Below are positions 20,503-30,383 of a stretch of 60,667 nucleotides of DNA, piece after piece. The translations under genes and the position numbers were made by a program. Positions within the stretch are counted from its first letter, which is position 1; each line of letters opens with the position of its first letter. The DNA is taken from positions 1-60,667 of the forward strand of contig DASVCK010000079.1 in assembly GCA_036381675.1 (NCBI GenBank), written 5' to 3'. The notes under the pieces were generated by a model. The model was not told the origin of the DNA. It worked only from the letters and a program-made list of their open reading frames with translations, and made no database searches. Source of the stretch: Trueperaceae bacterium (GTDB lineage Bacteria > Deinococcota > Deinococci > Deinococcales > Trueperaceae).

Positions 20503-20522
20503 TACCCCACTTGGGGTGGGGG
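20503..20522. promoter_or_regulatory. Putative CsoR operator (G/C-tract palindrome)
   Basis: TACCCCACTTGGGGTGGGGG contains the perfect palindrome ACCCCA-CT-TGGGGT (20504-20517), 12-25 nt upstream of the copZ start. It resembles the known CsoR operator type TACCC-N-GGGGTA. Confidence 0.6.
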
Positions 20523-20587
20523 GAGTGACCATAGCGATGACGGAGCGGGACAACGGCACCGCCCCGCCCGTCTCGCGCGACCGAGCG

Positions 20588-20941
20588 CTACTCCTCGCCG
20601 CGGGGCATCAGTATCGAGGGCGTATCGCTGGCCGGGAACGAGTCGTCGAGCGCGTCGTCGAGGATGGCATTGAGCTCGCGCTCCGTCTGGCCGACGCCGT
20701 CCTGCGCGGCCCGTGTCGGCGACGCGGCGTCCGAGGCTGGGAACGACTCATCGACGGCCTCATCGAGGCCCGCGTCACCCCGGCCCTCCGCGAGGCGGGC
20801 GTCGCGCTCCTCGCGGTGACGTACCTCGTAGGCGAGCTTGTCTGCGTAGGCGAGCGCCTCATCGAGGGCCCGAGTACGTTCCTCGAGCTCCTCGAGGCGT
20901 TGCATCTCGGGGCGCGCTGCTCCCCTGCTCTGGCGCTCCAT
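20588..20941 (-). CDS. Hypothetical acidic protein with a coiled-coil N-terminus and two (D/E)SFPASD motifs
   Basis: 117-aa ORF: N-terminal EMQRLEELEERTRALDEALAYADKLAYE, then ...AVDESFPASDAASP... and ...ALDDSFPASDTPSI... Confidence 0.6.
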   Translation of the reverse strand: MERQSRGAARPEMQRLEELEERTRALDEALAYADKLAYEVRHREERDARLAEGRGDAGLDEAVDESFPASDAASPTRAAQDGVGQTERELNAILDDALDDSFPASDTPSILMPRGEE

Positions 20942-21073
20942 GTCCTGCCTCCTTACCCCCTCGCCGCGTCGCCTTAGGAGCGTTCACGGCGCCAAGACCG
21001 TCGCTTGGACGTCGAGACTAGGGTTAGCACATGAGACGCCGATGCCACCTGCATGGGTGGACCGGCCGATAGC

Positions 21074-22318
21074 CTACTGGCCCACCACCGCGGCAGCCGG
21101 CACGTCCCTGGGCGGCCCGCTCGCCTCCTCCCACTCGCTGCGCAGCAGGCTGTAGACGGCGGTGTCGGGCGTGTAGCCTGCCAGGTTGTTACGCCTGAGC
21201 ACGCCCTCGAACTGGAACCCCAACCGCTCCGGCACGCCGCGGCTCGCGACGTTGCGTACGTCCGCTGCGATCTCGAGCCTCTCGAAGGGCTCCCCGCCCA
21301 GGAGGGGCTCGGCGAAGCAGCGCTCGACCAGTGCCCGCACCGCGCGCGTGACGATCCCCCGACCCTCGTGGTCGCCGTCAAGCCAGTACCCGATAGCCGC
21401 GCTGCGCGTCCTGGGGTCGACGTCGTGTAGGCCGATCGACCCGACGAGTTCCCCGCCGGACCAGATCCCGGCCTCGAGGCCGGAGCCCTCCGCCAGGGCT
21501 GGCATGGCTCGCTGGGTGAGGAAGTTCCGTTCCGAGTCGGGCGAGACGTCGCGAGCCCAGGGCATCCATGGCAGCAGCCGCTCGCGGTTCGCGTCCACGA
21601 GTCGGTGCAGGGCCTCGGCGTCGTCGTGCTCGTAGAGGGCGATATAGAGGTCGTCGGCCGGGTCCACCGCCAGCGCGAAGCGCGGCGGGCGCTTGGCGGG
21701 GCTCGAAGGCTCGGCACTCTCCAGGAACTCCTCCCTCAGGATGCCGAACATGGCGAGATCGGCCGGCTCGCCGTCCACGAGGATCACGCGCCTCAGCACG
21801 GCCTCGGGCTTGAGGCCGAGGCGCTGCACGACCTTGAGCGACCTCTCGTTCCGAGGATCCAGGCCGATAGCCACGCGTCCCACTCCTCGCTCCTCGAAGA
21901 AGTGCCGCATGAGGCCCCGCAGGGCCCTCGTGACCAGCCCCTTGCCCTCGTGCTGCTTCGCCAGCAGGTAGCCGACCTCGGTGGAGCCCCCTGCGCCGCC
22001 CCAGTCATGGAGCCACAGGAGGCCGACCGATCTTCCCTGGTAGCAGAGCTCCGCACGCCAGCCGCCGCCCGAGCCGAACCTGCGGAGCTCCGAGGCCACC
22101 AGGTGCGCGACGCTCTCGCGCGTGGCCTCGGCCGTCCACGGCACCCACCGGCTGAGGTGCGCTCTGTCGCTCTCGACCAGCCGGTAGATGCTCTCGGCGT
22201 GGTGCAGCTCCGCCAGCCTGACGGCCAGCTCGTCGTCCAACCTCAGGCCGAAACTGTGCTCCGGTGCCGGGTAGTTGTGATGGCGCGCGTTCCCCATCTC
22301 GACCTCAGCGTCGATCAT
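21074..22318 (-). CDS. Tandem double GNAT (RimJ/RimL-like) N-acetyltransferase
   Basis: Two Acetyltransf_3-like halves. Each has the pattern ...L(S/L)(R/P)W(V/M)PW(T/A)..., then a core with ...G(L/I)VTRA(L/V)R(G/A)L..., then ...N..S..V.(Q/E)RLGF..EG(V)LRR... Confidence 0.82.
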   Translation of the reverse strand: MIDAEVEMGNARHHNYPAPEHSFGLRLDDELAVRLAELHHAESIYRLVESDRAHLSRWVPWTAEATRESVAHLVASELRRFGSGGGWRAELCYQGRSVGLLWLHDWGGAGGSTEVGYLLAKQHEGKGLVTRALRGLMRHFFEERGVGRVAIGLDPRNERSLKVVQRLGLKPEAVLRRVILVDGEPADLAMFGILREEFLESAEPSSPAKRPPRFALAVDPADDLYIALYEHDDAEALHRLVDANRERLLPWMPWARDVSPDSERNFLTQRAMPALAEGSGLEAGIWSGGELVGSIGLHDVDPRTRSAAIGYWLDGDHEGRGIVTRAVRALVERCFAEPLLGGEPFERLEIAADVRNVASRGVPERLGFQFEGVLRRNNLAGYTPDTAVYSLLRSEWEEASGPPRDVPAAAVVGQ

Positions 22319-22346
22319 GCCACTCCAGACGGGCTCCGCTGCGGTC

Positions 22347-23927
22347 CTATGCGCTCGCGTAGATCTTGAGGATCCAGCCTGCCACCCGCGTAACGCTAGC
22401 GTCGAGCTGCCTTAATAGCGTGAGCACCTCGAGGTGGTGTGAGCTCGACGCCCGCGACTCCGGCAGCCGCTCCTCGAGCCGCGCGAGGTGAGCCACACGC
22501 ATCTTCGCGACATGCTCCTCGAAGGCCGGCCTGCCGTCGATCACCAGGTTCGCCATGTCCTGGTCGCCTGTGGCGAGCGCCGTGAACGAGAGCCGCATGC
22601 GCTCCAGGACCAAGGCGCCCGTCTCCGCCAGCTCGGCCCTGCCGCGCTCACTGAACTCGACGCCCTCCTTGCGCAGCCGCTCCTCGCGCCGGTACAGACG
22701 CCTGATCTGGTCGCCCATGTTCTCGAGCTCGGTGGCGACGAGTAGCAACCGCTCCGAGGCGGCGTCCTGCTCGTCGGTAGAGCGCCTGAGCTCGGCCAGG
22801 TAGTCCACGACCTCGCGCGTCAGGCGATCGGTCTTCGCCTCCCTGCCCTCGATCGGGCCGGGGTCCCACTTGCCGGTGTTCACGTTGGCGACCGCCAGCT
22901 CCGTCATGACGGCCACCTGGTCGCTGATCCTGACCGTCTCGCGCAAAGCCAGCTTGATCGCGAGCGCCGGGTCCGTCAGCGCCTCGCGCCGCAGGTACTT
23001 GGGGGTGGAGTCGTCCTCGCTCGTGGGCACGATGCGCTCCACCAGGCGGGTAACGGGCCCGGCGATGGGCGTGAAGACGAGCGCGACGGCCAGGTTGAAG
23101 AAGGTGTGGGCGTTGGCGACCTGGCGGACCCCGTCACCGCCCAACAGGGCGATCGCGTCCGTCAGCTCGTCGCCGAAGAAGACCACGGCCAGCGCCGAGA
23201 TCCCCTTGACGACCACGTGGCTGATGGCGACGCGCTGCGCCGCGGAGTCGAGCCCGCGCGACACGACGAGGGGCAGGAAGGTGCTGCCCACGTTGCCCCC
23301 CGCGACCAGTGCGAACGCCGTAGCCATGGACACGGAGTCGGCTGCGACGAGCCCGATCGCGACGGCGGCCGCGGAGTTCGCGCTGCCCAGGACCGCGCCG
23401 AGGAGCGCCCCCACGAGCACCATCGTCAGGGGCTGCGTCTCGGCGGCGCGCACGACGAGGGTGAAGACCTCGCCTTGCGAGAGGCCACCTATCGCGTCGA
23501 CGGTGAGGTCGAGGCCCAGGAAGAGCAGGCCCACGCCGAAGAGCATGTCGCCGAGCGGACGGAGCCGGCGCCACAGCGCGACGAAGAAGCCGATGCCGAC
23601 GAGCGGCAGGGCGTACTCGGAGACGTTGAACGCCGCGAGCTGGATCGCCCCGGTGGCACCGAGCTTCGCGCCCAGCGACATGGCAAGGCCGCCGGCGGCA
23701 GGCACCAGCCCGCTGGCGACCAACGAGAGCGCCGTGACGGCGAGCGCCGTCCCGCTCTGGGTGATGGCAGAGACCGCGGTGCTGGTCCCCAGCGCCTTGA
23801 AGGGCGATCCGGTGGCGGCGGCCATCCAGCGGCGAGCGGCGGGCCCGGCTGCGGACTCCAGAGCGTCGGAGATGCGGTTGACGCCCAACAGGAACAGGGC
23901 GAGGCCGCCGAGCATCGTGAACAGCAT
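22347..23927 (-). CDS. Na/Pi cotransporter family protein with a C-terminal PhoU-like domain
   Basis: MLFTMLGGLALFLLGVNRISDALE... is a typical Na_Pi_cotrans N-terminus and is repeated in the second half. The soluble helical C-terminus is PhoU-like. Confidence 0.85.
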   Translation of the reverse strand: MLFTMLGGLALFLLGVNRISDALESAAGPAARRWMAAATGSPFKALGTSTAVSAITQSGTALAVTALSLVASGLVPAAGGLAMSLGAKLGATGAIQLAAFNVSEYALPLVGIGFFVALWRRLRPLGDMLFGVGLLFLGLDLTVDAIGGLSQGEVFTLVVRAAETQPLTMVLVGALLGAVLGSANSAAAVAIGLVAADSVSMATAFALVAGGNVGSTFLPLVVSRGLDSAAQRVAISHVVVKGISALAVVFFGDELTDAIALLGGDGVRQVANAHTFFNLAVALVFTPIAGPVTRLVERIVPTSEDDSTPKYLRREALTDPALAIKLALRETVRISDQVAVMTELAVANVNTGKWDPGPIEGREAKTDRLTREVVDYLAELRRSTDEQDAASERLLLVATELENMGDQIRRLYRREERLRKEGVEFSERGRAELAETGALVLERMRLSFTALATGDQDMANLVIDGRPAFEEHVAKMRVAHLARLEERLPESRASSSHHLEVLTLLRQLDASVTRVAGWILKIYASA

Positions 23928-24120
23928 CCGAGCCTCTCACGCCCCTTCCCGCGCTCAAGCGTCGATACGAAGAGAGAGTCTAATCCGAAGTGACGACGCT
24001 GGCGAAACCGTGACTGAGGCGTCGTACTTATCCGTATCTGCGACCAGAACGAGCTCAGAACGCCGTGGTAGGCTCCAAGCCTAAGCAACGAAAACCCCTA
24101 GTTAAGACCTTGGAGGGACC

Positions 24121-25311
24121 ATGTTCTCGAAAGTCTTCGCTCTTCTCCTCGTTCTGACGACCGGGCTCGCGTTGGCGCAGGAGCCCGTTCAGATCGGTGT
24201 GATCACGAGCATCACAGGGCGCTTCGCCGAGTTCGGCGAGCAGCATCAGGCCGGCGTGCAGATCGCCCTGGAGGACGTGAACGCCGCCGGCGGCATCAAC
24301 GGCGCGCCGGTCGAGGTCGTGTGGGAGGACGACACCTCAGAGGTGAACGCCGCCCTGGCCGCAGCCGAGCGCCTCGTGAACCAGGGCATACCGCTGGTCA
24401 TGGGCGCCTACTCGTCCTCGATCACCAACCCGCTGGCCCAGTACTTCACGCGCCAGCAGCGCCCGTTCCTCGTCTTCACGTCGTCCGACGACGCGATCAC
24501 GCGGCCTGGCTCGGAGTGGATCTTCCGCCTCAACCAGCCCTCGTTCGCCTACGCCGAGGTGCTCTTCAACGTCTTCGACCAACTGAACGCCGACCACGGT
24601 GACGGCTACCTTGAGACCATCGTCACGATCCACGGCAACGGCGCGTTCGAGACCGCCGTGGCGGACGCCGTCGACCTGCTGGCCGAGGAGCGCGGCTACA
24701 CCGTTCTGGACCGACAGGACTACGACCAGTCCGGCGCCGACTTCCGGCCCATTCTCAACCGCTTCAAGGGGCTCGAGCCAGACGTCGTGTTCATGGTCTC
24801 GTACGCCGCCGACTCCGTGGCCCTGGCGCGCCAGATCCAGGAGGTCGGGCTCAACGCCAAGGTCTTCGCGGGCGGCGCCGCAGGCTTCGCCCTGCCTAAC
24901 TTCATCGAGGGCTCCGGCCCGGCGGCCGACTACGTGTACACGGCCACGATGTGGACGCAGGAGGTGCCGTACCCGGGCGCCGAGGAGCTCAACGCCCGCC
25001 TCACCGAAGTGCTCGGCCGCGCGCCCTCGTACCACGCCGCCCAGGCGTACGCCGGCATCATCACGGCGGTCGACGTCCTGAGCCGCGCGGCATCGCTCGA
25101 GCCCGCCGACGTCAGGGCAGCGCTGGAGGCCACCGACATGCCCGACACCGTCTACGGCCACATCGCCTTCACTGACTACCAGGGCTACCAGAACCAGGCC
25201 CGCCTGCCTGCAGTCGCCCAGCAGGTGCAGGACGGCGAGTTCGTGACCGTGTACGTGAACGGCCAGGTCGTCAACCCCATGCTCGATACGCCAGCCTGGG
25301 GCGACCGCTGA
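24121..25311 (+). CDS. ABC substrate-binding protein, Leu/Ile/Val-binding family (second copy)
   Basis: Signal peptide MFSKVFALLLVLTTGLALAQ followed by EPVQIGVITSITGRFAEFGEQHQAGVQIALEDVNAAGGING. GGAGGGA RBS. Confidence 0.88.
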   Translation: MFSKVFALLLVLTTGLALAQEPVQIGVITSITGRFAEFGEQHQAGVQIALEDVNAAGGINGAPVEVVWEDDTSEVNAALAAAERLVNQGIPLVMGAYSSSITNPLAQYFTRQQRPFLVFTSSDDAITRPGSEWIFRLNQPSFAYAEVLFNVFDQLNADHGDGYLETIVTIHGNGAFETAVADAVDLLAEERGYTVLDRQDYDQSGADFRPILNRFKGLEPDVVFMVSYAADSVALARQIQEVGLNAKVFAGGAAGFALPNFIEGSGPAADYVYTATMWTQEVPYPGAEELNARLTEVLGRAPSYHAAQAYAGIITAVDVLSRAASLEPADVRAALEATDMPDTVYGHIAFTDYQGYQNQARLPAVAQQVQDGEFVTVYVNGQVVNPMLDTPAWGDR

Positions 25312-25344
25312 TAACCGGACCGAGGAGCGAGACGAGGTAACCCT

Positions 25345-26226
25345 TTGGAGGGCCTCGTCCCGCTCCTCCAGAACGTCACCGGCGGGCTGCTCATCGGGGG
25401 CATCTACGCCCTGATCGGCGTCGGCCTGTCACTGATCTTCGGGGTCATGCGCGTCATCAACTTCGCGCACGGCGAGTTCGTAGCTATCGGCATGTACCTC
25501 GCGATCGCGCTGTTCGTCGACCTCGGCCTCGACCCCTACGTCTCGCTGCTCATCGCGCTGCCGGCCGGCCTCCTGGCCGGCTGGCTCATCCAGCGCGTGG
25601 TGCTGGCACGGCTGATCGACTCGCCCGGCGACAGCACCCTGCTCGCGACCCTGGGCCTGTCTCTCGTCATCGCGAACGCCCTGTTCCTGCTCTTCGGCGC
25701 CGAGCCCAGGTCCATCTACCTGCCCTACGCCACGGCGACCGTGAACCTCGCGGGAATAAGGCTGCCCGTGGCGCAGCTCATCGCCGGGGGCATCACGCTG
25801 GCCGTGATCACCGCGCTCTGGCTGCTTCTCAACCGCACAGAGATCGGCAGGGCCGTGCGCGCCACCGCCCAGAACCGCCTCGGCGCCGAGCTCGTGGGGG
25901 TCAACACGCGCCGGGTGCACGCTCTCGTCTTCGGGCTGGGCATGGCGCTGGCCATGGCCGCCGGCGTGATACTCGCGCCTCTCCTCTTCGCGATCCCCAC
26001 CGTGGGCTCGAGCTACACGCTGAAAGCGTTCGTCGTCACCGTGTTGGGCGGCCTTGGCAGCGTGCCCGGCGCCATCGGTGGCGGCCTGCTGCTTGGCGTC
26101 GTCGAGTTCCTCGGGGCCTCCTACCTATCTTCCGGCTACCGCGACGCTTACGGGCTGTTCGCCTTCCTCATCGTGCTGCTGTTCAGGCCGCAGGGGCTGT
26201 TCGGCCGCGAGACCAAACGCGTATGA
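25345..26226 (+). CDS. livH: Liv-type ABC permease (LivH-like)
   Basis: GGIYALIGVGLSLIFGVMRVINFAHGEF. TTG start. Confidence 0.88.
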   Translation: MEGLVPLLQNVTGGLLIGGIYALIGVGLSLIFGVMRVINFAHGEFVAIGMYLAIALFVDLGLDPYVSLLIALPAGLLAGWLIQRVVLARLIDSPGDSTLLATLGLSLVIANALFLLFGAEPRSIYLPYATATVNLAGIRLPVAQLIAGGITLAVITALWLLLNRTEIGRAVRATAQNRLGAELVGVNTRRVHALVFGLGMALAMAAGVILAPLLFAIPTVGSSYTLKAFVVTVLGGLGSVPGAIGGGLLLGVVEFLGASYLSSGYRDAYGLFAFLIVLLFRPQGLFGRETKRV

Positions 26227-27170
26227 GCTACCTGCGCCTGGGGCTGGTGGCGCTGGCCGGCCTCGCCTGGTTCCTGCTCCTCCCCGATTACCGCACGCTC
26301 GGCATCAACCTGCTGCTGCTGGCCGGTTGGGCGACGGCATGGGACCTGCTGGGAGGCTGGTCCGGCCAGACGTCGCTCGGGCATGCCGCCTTCGTCGGCC
26401 TGGGCGCCTACACGGTGGCGGTCACAGGCACCAGCTGGGACCTGGCGCCGTGGTGGGGCGCGCTGCTCGCCATGGCGTTGGCCGCGCTCCTCGCGCTGCT
26501 GTGGGGCAAGCTGACGTTCAGGCTGCGCGGCTCCTACTTCGTGCTGGCCAGCATCGCGGTCGCCGAGATCCTCAGGTTGGTGGCGATCAACGAACGCGAG
26601 CTGACGGGCGGCGCCATCGGCCTGTTCATCTTCGATCTCAAGGAGCCGTTCGGGCTCGACCTCTTCGACCGCGGCGTCGAGTTCTGGCTGGCGCTGGGCT
26701 ACCTGATCCTGGTCCTGGCGATAGCCGCGTTCGTGACGCGTGGGCGCCTGGGCTACCAGATGCGCGCCGTCAGGGAGGACGAGCCTTCGGCCGAGGCCGC
26801 CGGCATCAACCCGGAAGCCGTCAAGCTGTGGGCGTTCGCGATCTCCGGCGGTCTGACCGCGCTGGGCGGCTGCCTGTACGGCATCGTCCTCTCGGCCCTG
26901 CAGCCGCAGCCCCTGTTCGAGATCCACCTGTCGGTTCGGATCGCTCTCGTCGCCATCATCGGCGGGCGCGGGACGCTGTTCGGCCCGCTCATCGGGGCGG
27001 CTCTCATCACGGTGGCGGCGGAGCTCTTCCGCAACGTCTTCGCCGAGGCCAACCTGCTCATCTACGGCGCGCTCATCGTCATCGTGGTCCTGTTCGCGCC
27101 GTCCGGGCTCCTCGGGGAGGTCCACCGCTGGACGGTCAGGAGGCGGTATGCCCGCGGCGCTCGAGGCTGA
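26223..27170 (+). CDS. livM: Liv-type ABC permease (LivM-like)
   Basis: GQTSLGHAAFVGLGAYT..., RLRGSYFVLASIAVAEI. 4-nt overlap with the upstream gene. Confidence 0.88.
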   Translation: MSYLRLGLVALAGLAWFLLLPDYRTLGINLLLLAGWATAWDLLGGWSGQTSLGHAAFVGLGAYTVAVTGTSWDLAPWWGALLAMALAALLALLWGKLTFRLRGSYFVLASIAVAEILRLVAINERELTGGAIGLFIFDLKEPFGLDLFDRGVEFWLALGYLILVLAIAAFVTRGRLGYQMRAVREDEPSAEAAGINPEAVKLWAFAISGGLTALGGCLYGIVLSALQPQPLFEIHLSVRIALVAIIGGRGTLFGPLIGAALITVAAELFRNVFAEANLLIYGALIVIVVLFAPSGLLGEVHRWTVRRRYARGARG

Positions 27171-27870
27171 GGCCGTCACCGTCACATTCGGTGGGCTCAC
27201 CGCCGTGAACGGCGTCTCCCTGGTCGTCGAGGAGGGCGCGATCATCGGTCTGATCGGGCCAAACGGCGCCGGGAAGACCACGCTGTTCAACGCGCTCACG
27301 GGTCACGTGCGGTCCGCGGGCGAGGTCACTCTCTTCGGTCAACGCGTGACGAGGCTGCCCGCGTACGCCAGGACGAGGCTGGGCATGGGTCGCACCTTCC
27401 AGGTGGAGCGCCCGTTCGAGGGGCTCACGGTCCTCGAGAACGTGCTCATCCCCGCGTTCCTGCACACACCGGACCGCCGCGAGGCCGAGACCAGGGCCCG
27501 CGCCGCGCTGGAACAGGTGGGGCTGTCCGACCGAGCGCTGCAGCCCTCTTCCGACCTGAACCTGGCCAGGCGCCGCCGGCTCGAGCTCGCGAAGGCGCTG
27601 GCGCTCGAGCCCAGGGTGCTGTTCCTCGACGAGCTGATGGCGGGCCTCAACCCGCCGGCCCTGCGCGACATGATCTCGTTCGTGCGGGGACTGGCCGACT
27701 CCGGCATGGCCATCGTCATGGTGGAGCACATCATGCAGGCCGTCACCGAGCTGTGCGACCGCGTGGTCGTGCTGGCGTTCGGTGAGCGCATCGCCGAGGG
27801 CACGCCGCAGCAGGTCACCGACGACCCGCGGGTGATCGAGGCGTACCTGGGGGTCGCAGAGGATGACTGA
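27148..27870 (+). CDS. livG: Liv-type ABC ATP-binding protein (LivG-like)
   Basis: GPNGAGKTTLFNALTG, LFLDELMAGLNP, VIEAYLG. Confidence 0.9.
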   Translation: MPAALEAEAVTVTFGGLTAVNGVSLVVEEGAIIGLIGPNGAGKTTLFNALTGHVRSAGEVTLFGQRVTRLPAYARTRLGMGRTFQVERPFEGLTVLENVLIPAFLHTPDRREAETRARAALEQVGLSDRALQPSSDLNLARRRRLELAKALALEPRVLFLDELMAGLNPPALRDMISFVRGLADSGMAIVMVEHIMQAVTELCDRVVVLAFGERIAEGTPQQVTDDPRVIEAYLGVAEDD

Positions 27871-28594
27871 GGCACCCGCAGCGCAGCCGGTCCTCCAGGT
27901 GGTGGACGCCGAACTCGGCTACGGCGAGCTGCAGGTCGTGTTCGGTGTGAGCCTGCACGTTGGCCAGCACGAGCTCGTGGGCCTAGTGGGCGGCAACGGC
28001 AGCGGCAAGTCCACGATCCTGCGGGCCATCTCCGGGATGATCAGGCCGTGGCGCGGCCGCATCGTGCTGGGCGGCGAGGACGTCGGCGGCCTCACGCCGC
28101 ACGAGCTGGCGTTGCGCGGCCTCGCGCACGTGCCCATGGGCAGGCAGCTGTTCCCGAACATGAGTGTCGAGGAGAACCTGTCGCTCGGCGCCTACCTGAA
28201 GCCGGCCAGGCAGCGGCGGCAGGAGGGGTTCGACACCGTCTACGGTCTCTTCCCCGACCTGTTAAAGAAGCGCAAGGCGATGGCCGGAGCGTTATCAGGC
28301 GGCCAGCAGCAGATGGTGGCGATCGGACGCGCCCTGATGCTGCACCCCAGGGTCCTGATCATGGACGAGCCCAGCCTGGGCCTGGCTCCCCTCCTCGTCA
28401 AGGAGGTCATGGCGGTGATCCGCCGGGTGTCAGAGACGGGTCTGCCCATCCTGCTCGTGGAGCAGAACGTGAGACAGGTGCTGAAGATAAGCGACCGGGC
28501 TTACGTGCTCGAGAACGGGCACCTGGTGCTCGAAGGGGGGTCGGCGCAGCTTATGAACGATCCCACCATCAAACGGGCCTACCTGGGGGTCTGA
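27863..28594 (+). CDS. livF: Liv-type ABC ATP-binding protein (LivF-like)
   Basis: GGNGSGKSTILRA, LSGGQQQMVAIGRAL, LIMDEPSLGLAP, KRAYLGV. Confidence 0.9.
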   Translation: MTEAPAAQPVLQVVDAELGYGELQVVFGVSLHVGQHELVGLVGGNGSGKSTILRAISGMIRPWRGRIVLGGEDVGGLTPHELALRGLAHVPMGRQLFPNMSVEENLSLGAYLKPARQRRQEGFDTVYGLFPDLLKKRKAMAGALSGGQQQMVAIGRALMLHPRVLIMDEPSLGLAPLLVKEVMAVIRRVSETGLPILLVEQNVRQVLKISDRAYVLENGHLVLEGGSAQLMNDPTIKRAYLGV

Positions 28595-28691
28595 TAGCGT
28601 TGGGCCGCGGAGCCGTATCAATAACGCCGATAGTCTGCAATTGTTCGCGAGAGACGTCCTTGACGCTCGCGGAGGCAACGATATCGCCGAA

Positions 28692-30383
28692 TCACTTCTC
28701 GCCCGGGAAGTTCGGACCTGGGATGTACTTGACTCCTGGGCCCCTGGTTCCTACCTTCACGACGAGCCCCCGAGCTTGCAGGTCCCGCAACATGTCTCGT
28801 GCCGTGAACACGTCGAGATCAAAAAGCCTTCTAAGCGTTTGATTGGATATGTGTCCGTACTCGAGGACGTGTTGGACTACCTTGTCGTCGGAGCCTTCGG
28901 CCATGCGGCGGTGATATGCGACTGCGAGTCCCAAGCCCGTCAGCGCCGAGGCGGTCAGTCCATATCGTGGGAAGGCCCTGCTTGCCGATCTCTTCGTTGG
29001 CTCGACAAGGCCAGCCTGCTGCATCCTCTCCAGTGTTACTTGGGCCTCGGCAGGGGAACGTTGAAACAGAGGGGCCATGGATGTGGCGTCAACGGCCCGT
29101 ACTGAACAGAGCGCGTCAAGAACCATTAGGACTTCTATGTCCGCCTCTAGCCCATCAGGAAGTCCACTATTCACAAATCGCGCAAACGAGTCATTTCCGA
29201 TTCCGCCATGAATCCGTGACTCGAACATTTCTCCCGAGTCTGCGAAGGACGGGGGTTTCTTGCCACCCCTAAGCAGATAGCGATACGCGCGGTCAATTCC
29301 CTGACCAGCGCGCTCAGCTACCTGAAGTGCAGTAACGGTCTCCAGTAGGAGATGGTTCCTGGGAGTAGACGGGTGGCTCAGTAGATTGCCGGTCGTCACT
29401 CCGAACACCAGCCCTCCAGGGCTGGAGATCCTGAGTTGCTCTTGTGATTGCTCCACCTCGATAGTGCCCGAGGTCTCATAATCCCGGTGCACGAAGGCGT
29501 TGACGACCAGTTCTCTGACCGCCTCAGTAGGATAGTCTTGTAGCTGAACCTGAACGCCACCGGCAAGGTTTAGCGGACGTATCGATCGGCGGGCATCTAT
29601 CACGTCAATCAAGTGCTCGACCCCTGCCAAGAGTGGGCGGACGGCTCGGAATCGCGCAGTAGCCTCTACTCCAGGGTGTGGCCGATACTGATAGGCATAA
29701 CCATGTGAAGGAATCAGGTTCTGCAGGTCCTCCTCTTCGCCTACCAGGAGCAGGCCGGCGCGGGTGAGTTCTCCATTATCGCGAAGGAGTCGAAGGTCCC
29801 GAAGAATGACCGTCGAGTCCCGATCGGCGAGTTCATCTCGCCCCGCGGCTCGCAGTAGACGCTTGATTCTCACAATTTCAGACTCAGCGAATCGGGCAGT
29901 TCCCGCCGGCTCAGCAGACCAATCATGGAGGCCGCGAGCTGCTAGGGCTTGGCGCTGCTGTTCGGGCGGAAACGGCTGGCAAGACGTACCGATGCGGCGC
30001 GTCACCGTTCCACGCGCGTTGGCGTACAGTGTTGCGCCCACTGGAACGGTAATTTCGAGCACACGTCTACCAATCACGATGTGCTCTTGAACAGGTACGG
30101 AAAGACCTGGACGGGTTCGCTCAAACACGCCGGAGACCACACTTCTCACAGTCAGATTGGCGGATACGCCAGAGATTGCCGCGGGTCCGGCGATCTTATC
30201 CGAGACTCCCACCACAATGGTGCCGCCGTGTGCGTTGGCAAAGCAGACAACTGCATCCGCGATGAGGTCAAGCGTGCTTTTCAAGTTGTCGCGTTCTGCC
30301 TTGAAGTCCAAGACCTCGGACTCCACGTCGTCCGCGCGCGCGCCAGCGAGTATTGGTCCCATCAGCCCATCGATGCGTTTCAC
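28692..30383 (-). CDS. AlbA_2 (Schlafen-like DNA-binding) + HATPase_c_4-type + C-terminal winged-helix protein (COG2865-like 'putative transcriptional regulator / ATP-binding protein')
   Basis: N-terminus ESEVLDFKAERDNL...LIADAVVCFANAHGGTIVVGVSD (AlbA_2 pattern); middle AVRELVVNAFVHRDYETSGTIEVEQSQEQLRISSPGGL (HATPase_c_4-like); C-terminus HISNQTLRRLFDLDVFTARDMLRDLQARGLV (wHTH). The gene sits in a clearly lower-GC segment. The start could be GTG 30383 or ATG 30362. Confidence 0.75.
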   Translation of the reverse strand: MKRIDGLMGPILAGARADDVESEVLDFKAERDNLKSTLDLIADAVVCFANAHGGTIVVGVSDKIAGPAAISGVSANLTVRSVVSGVFERTRPGLSVPVQEHIVIGRRVLEITVPVGATLYANARGTVTRRIGTSCQPFPPEQQRQALAARGLHDWSAEPAGTARFAESEIVRIKRLLRAAGRDELADRDSTVILRDLRLLRDNGELTRAGLLLVGEEEDLQNLIPSHGYAYQYRPHPGVEATARFRAVRPLLAGVEHLIDVIDARRSIRPLNLAGGVQVQLQDYPTEAVRELVVNAFVHRDYETSGTIEVEQSQEQLRISSPGGLVFGVTTGNLLSHPSTPRNHLLLETVTALQVAERAGQGIDRAYRYLLRGGKKPPSFADSGEMFESRIHGGIGNDSFARFVNSGLPDGLEADIEVLMVLDALCSVRAVDATSMAPLFQRSPAEAQVTLERMQQAGLVEPTKRSASRAFPRYGLTASALTGLGLAVAYHRRMAEGSDDKVVQHVLEYGHISNQTLRRLFDLDVFTARDMLRDLQARGLVVKVGTRGPGVKYIPGPNFPGEK

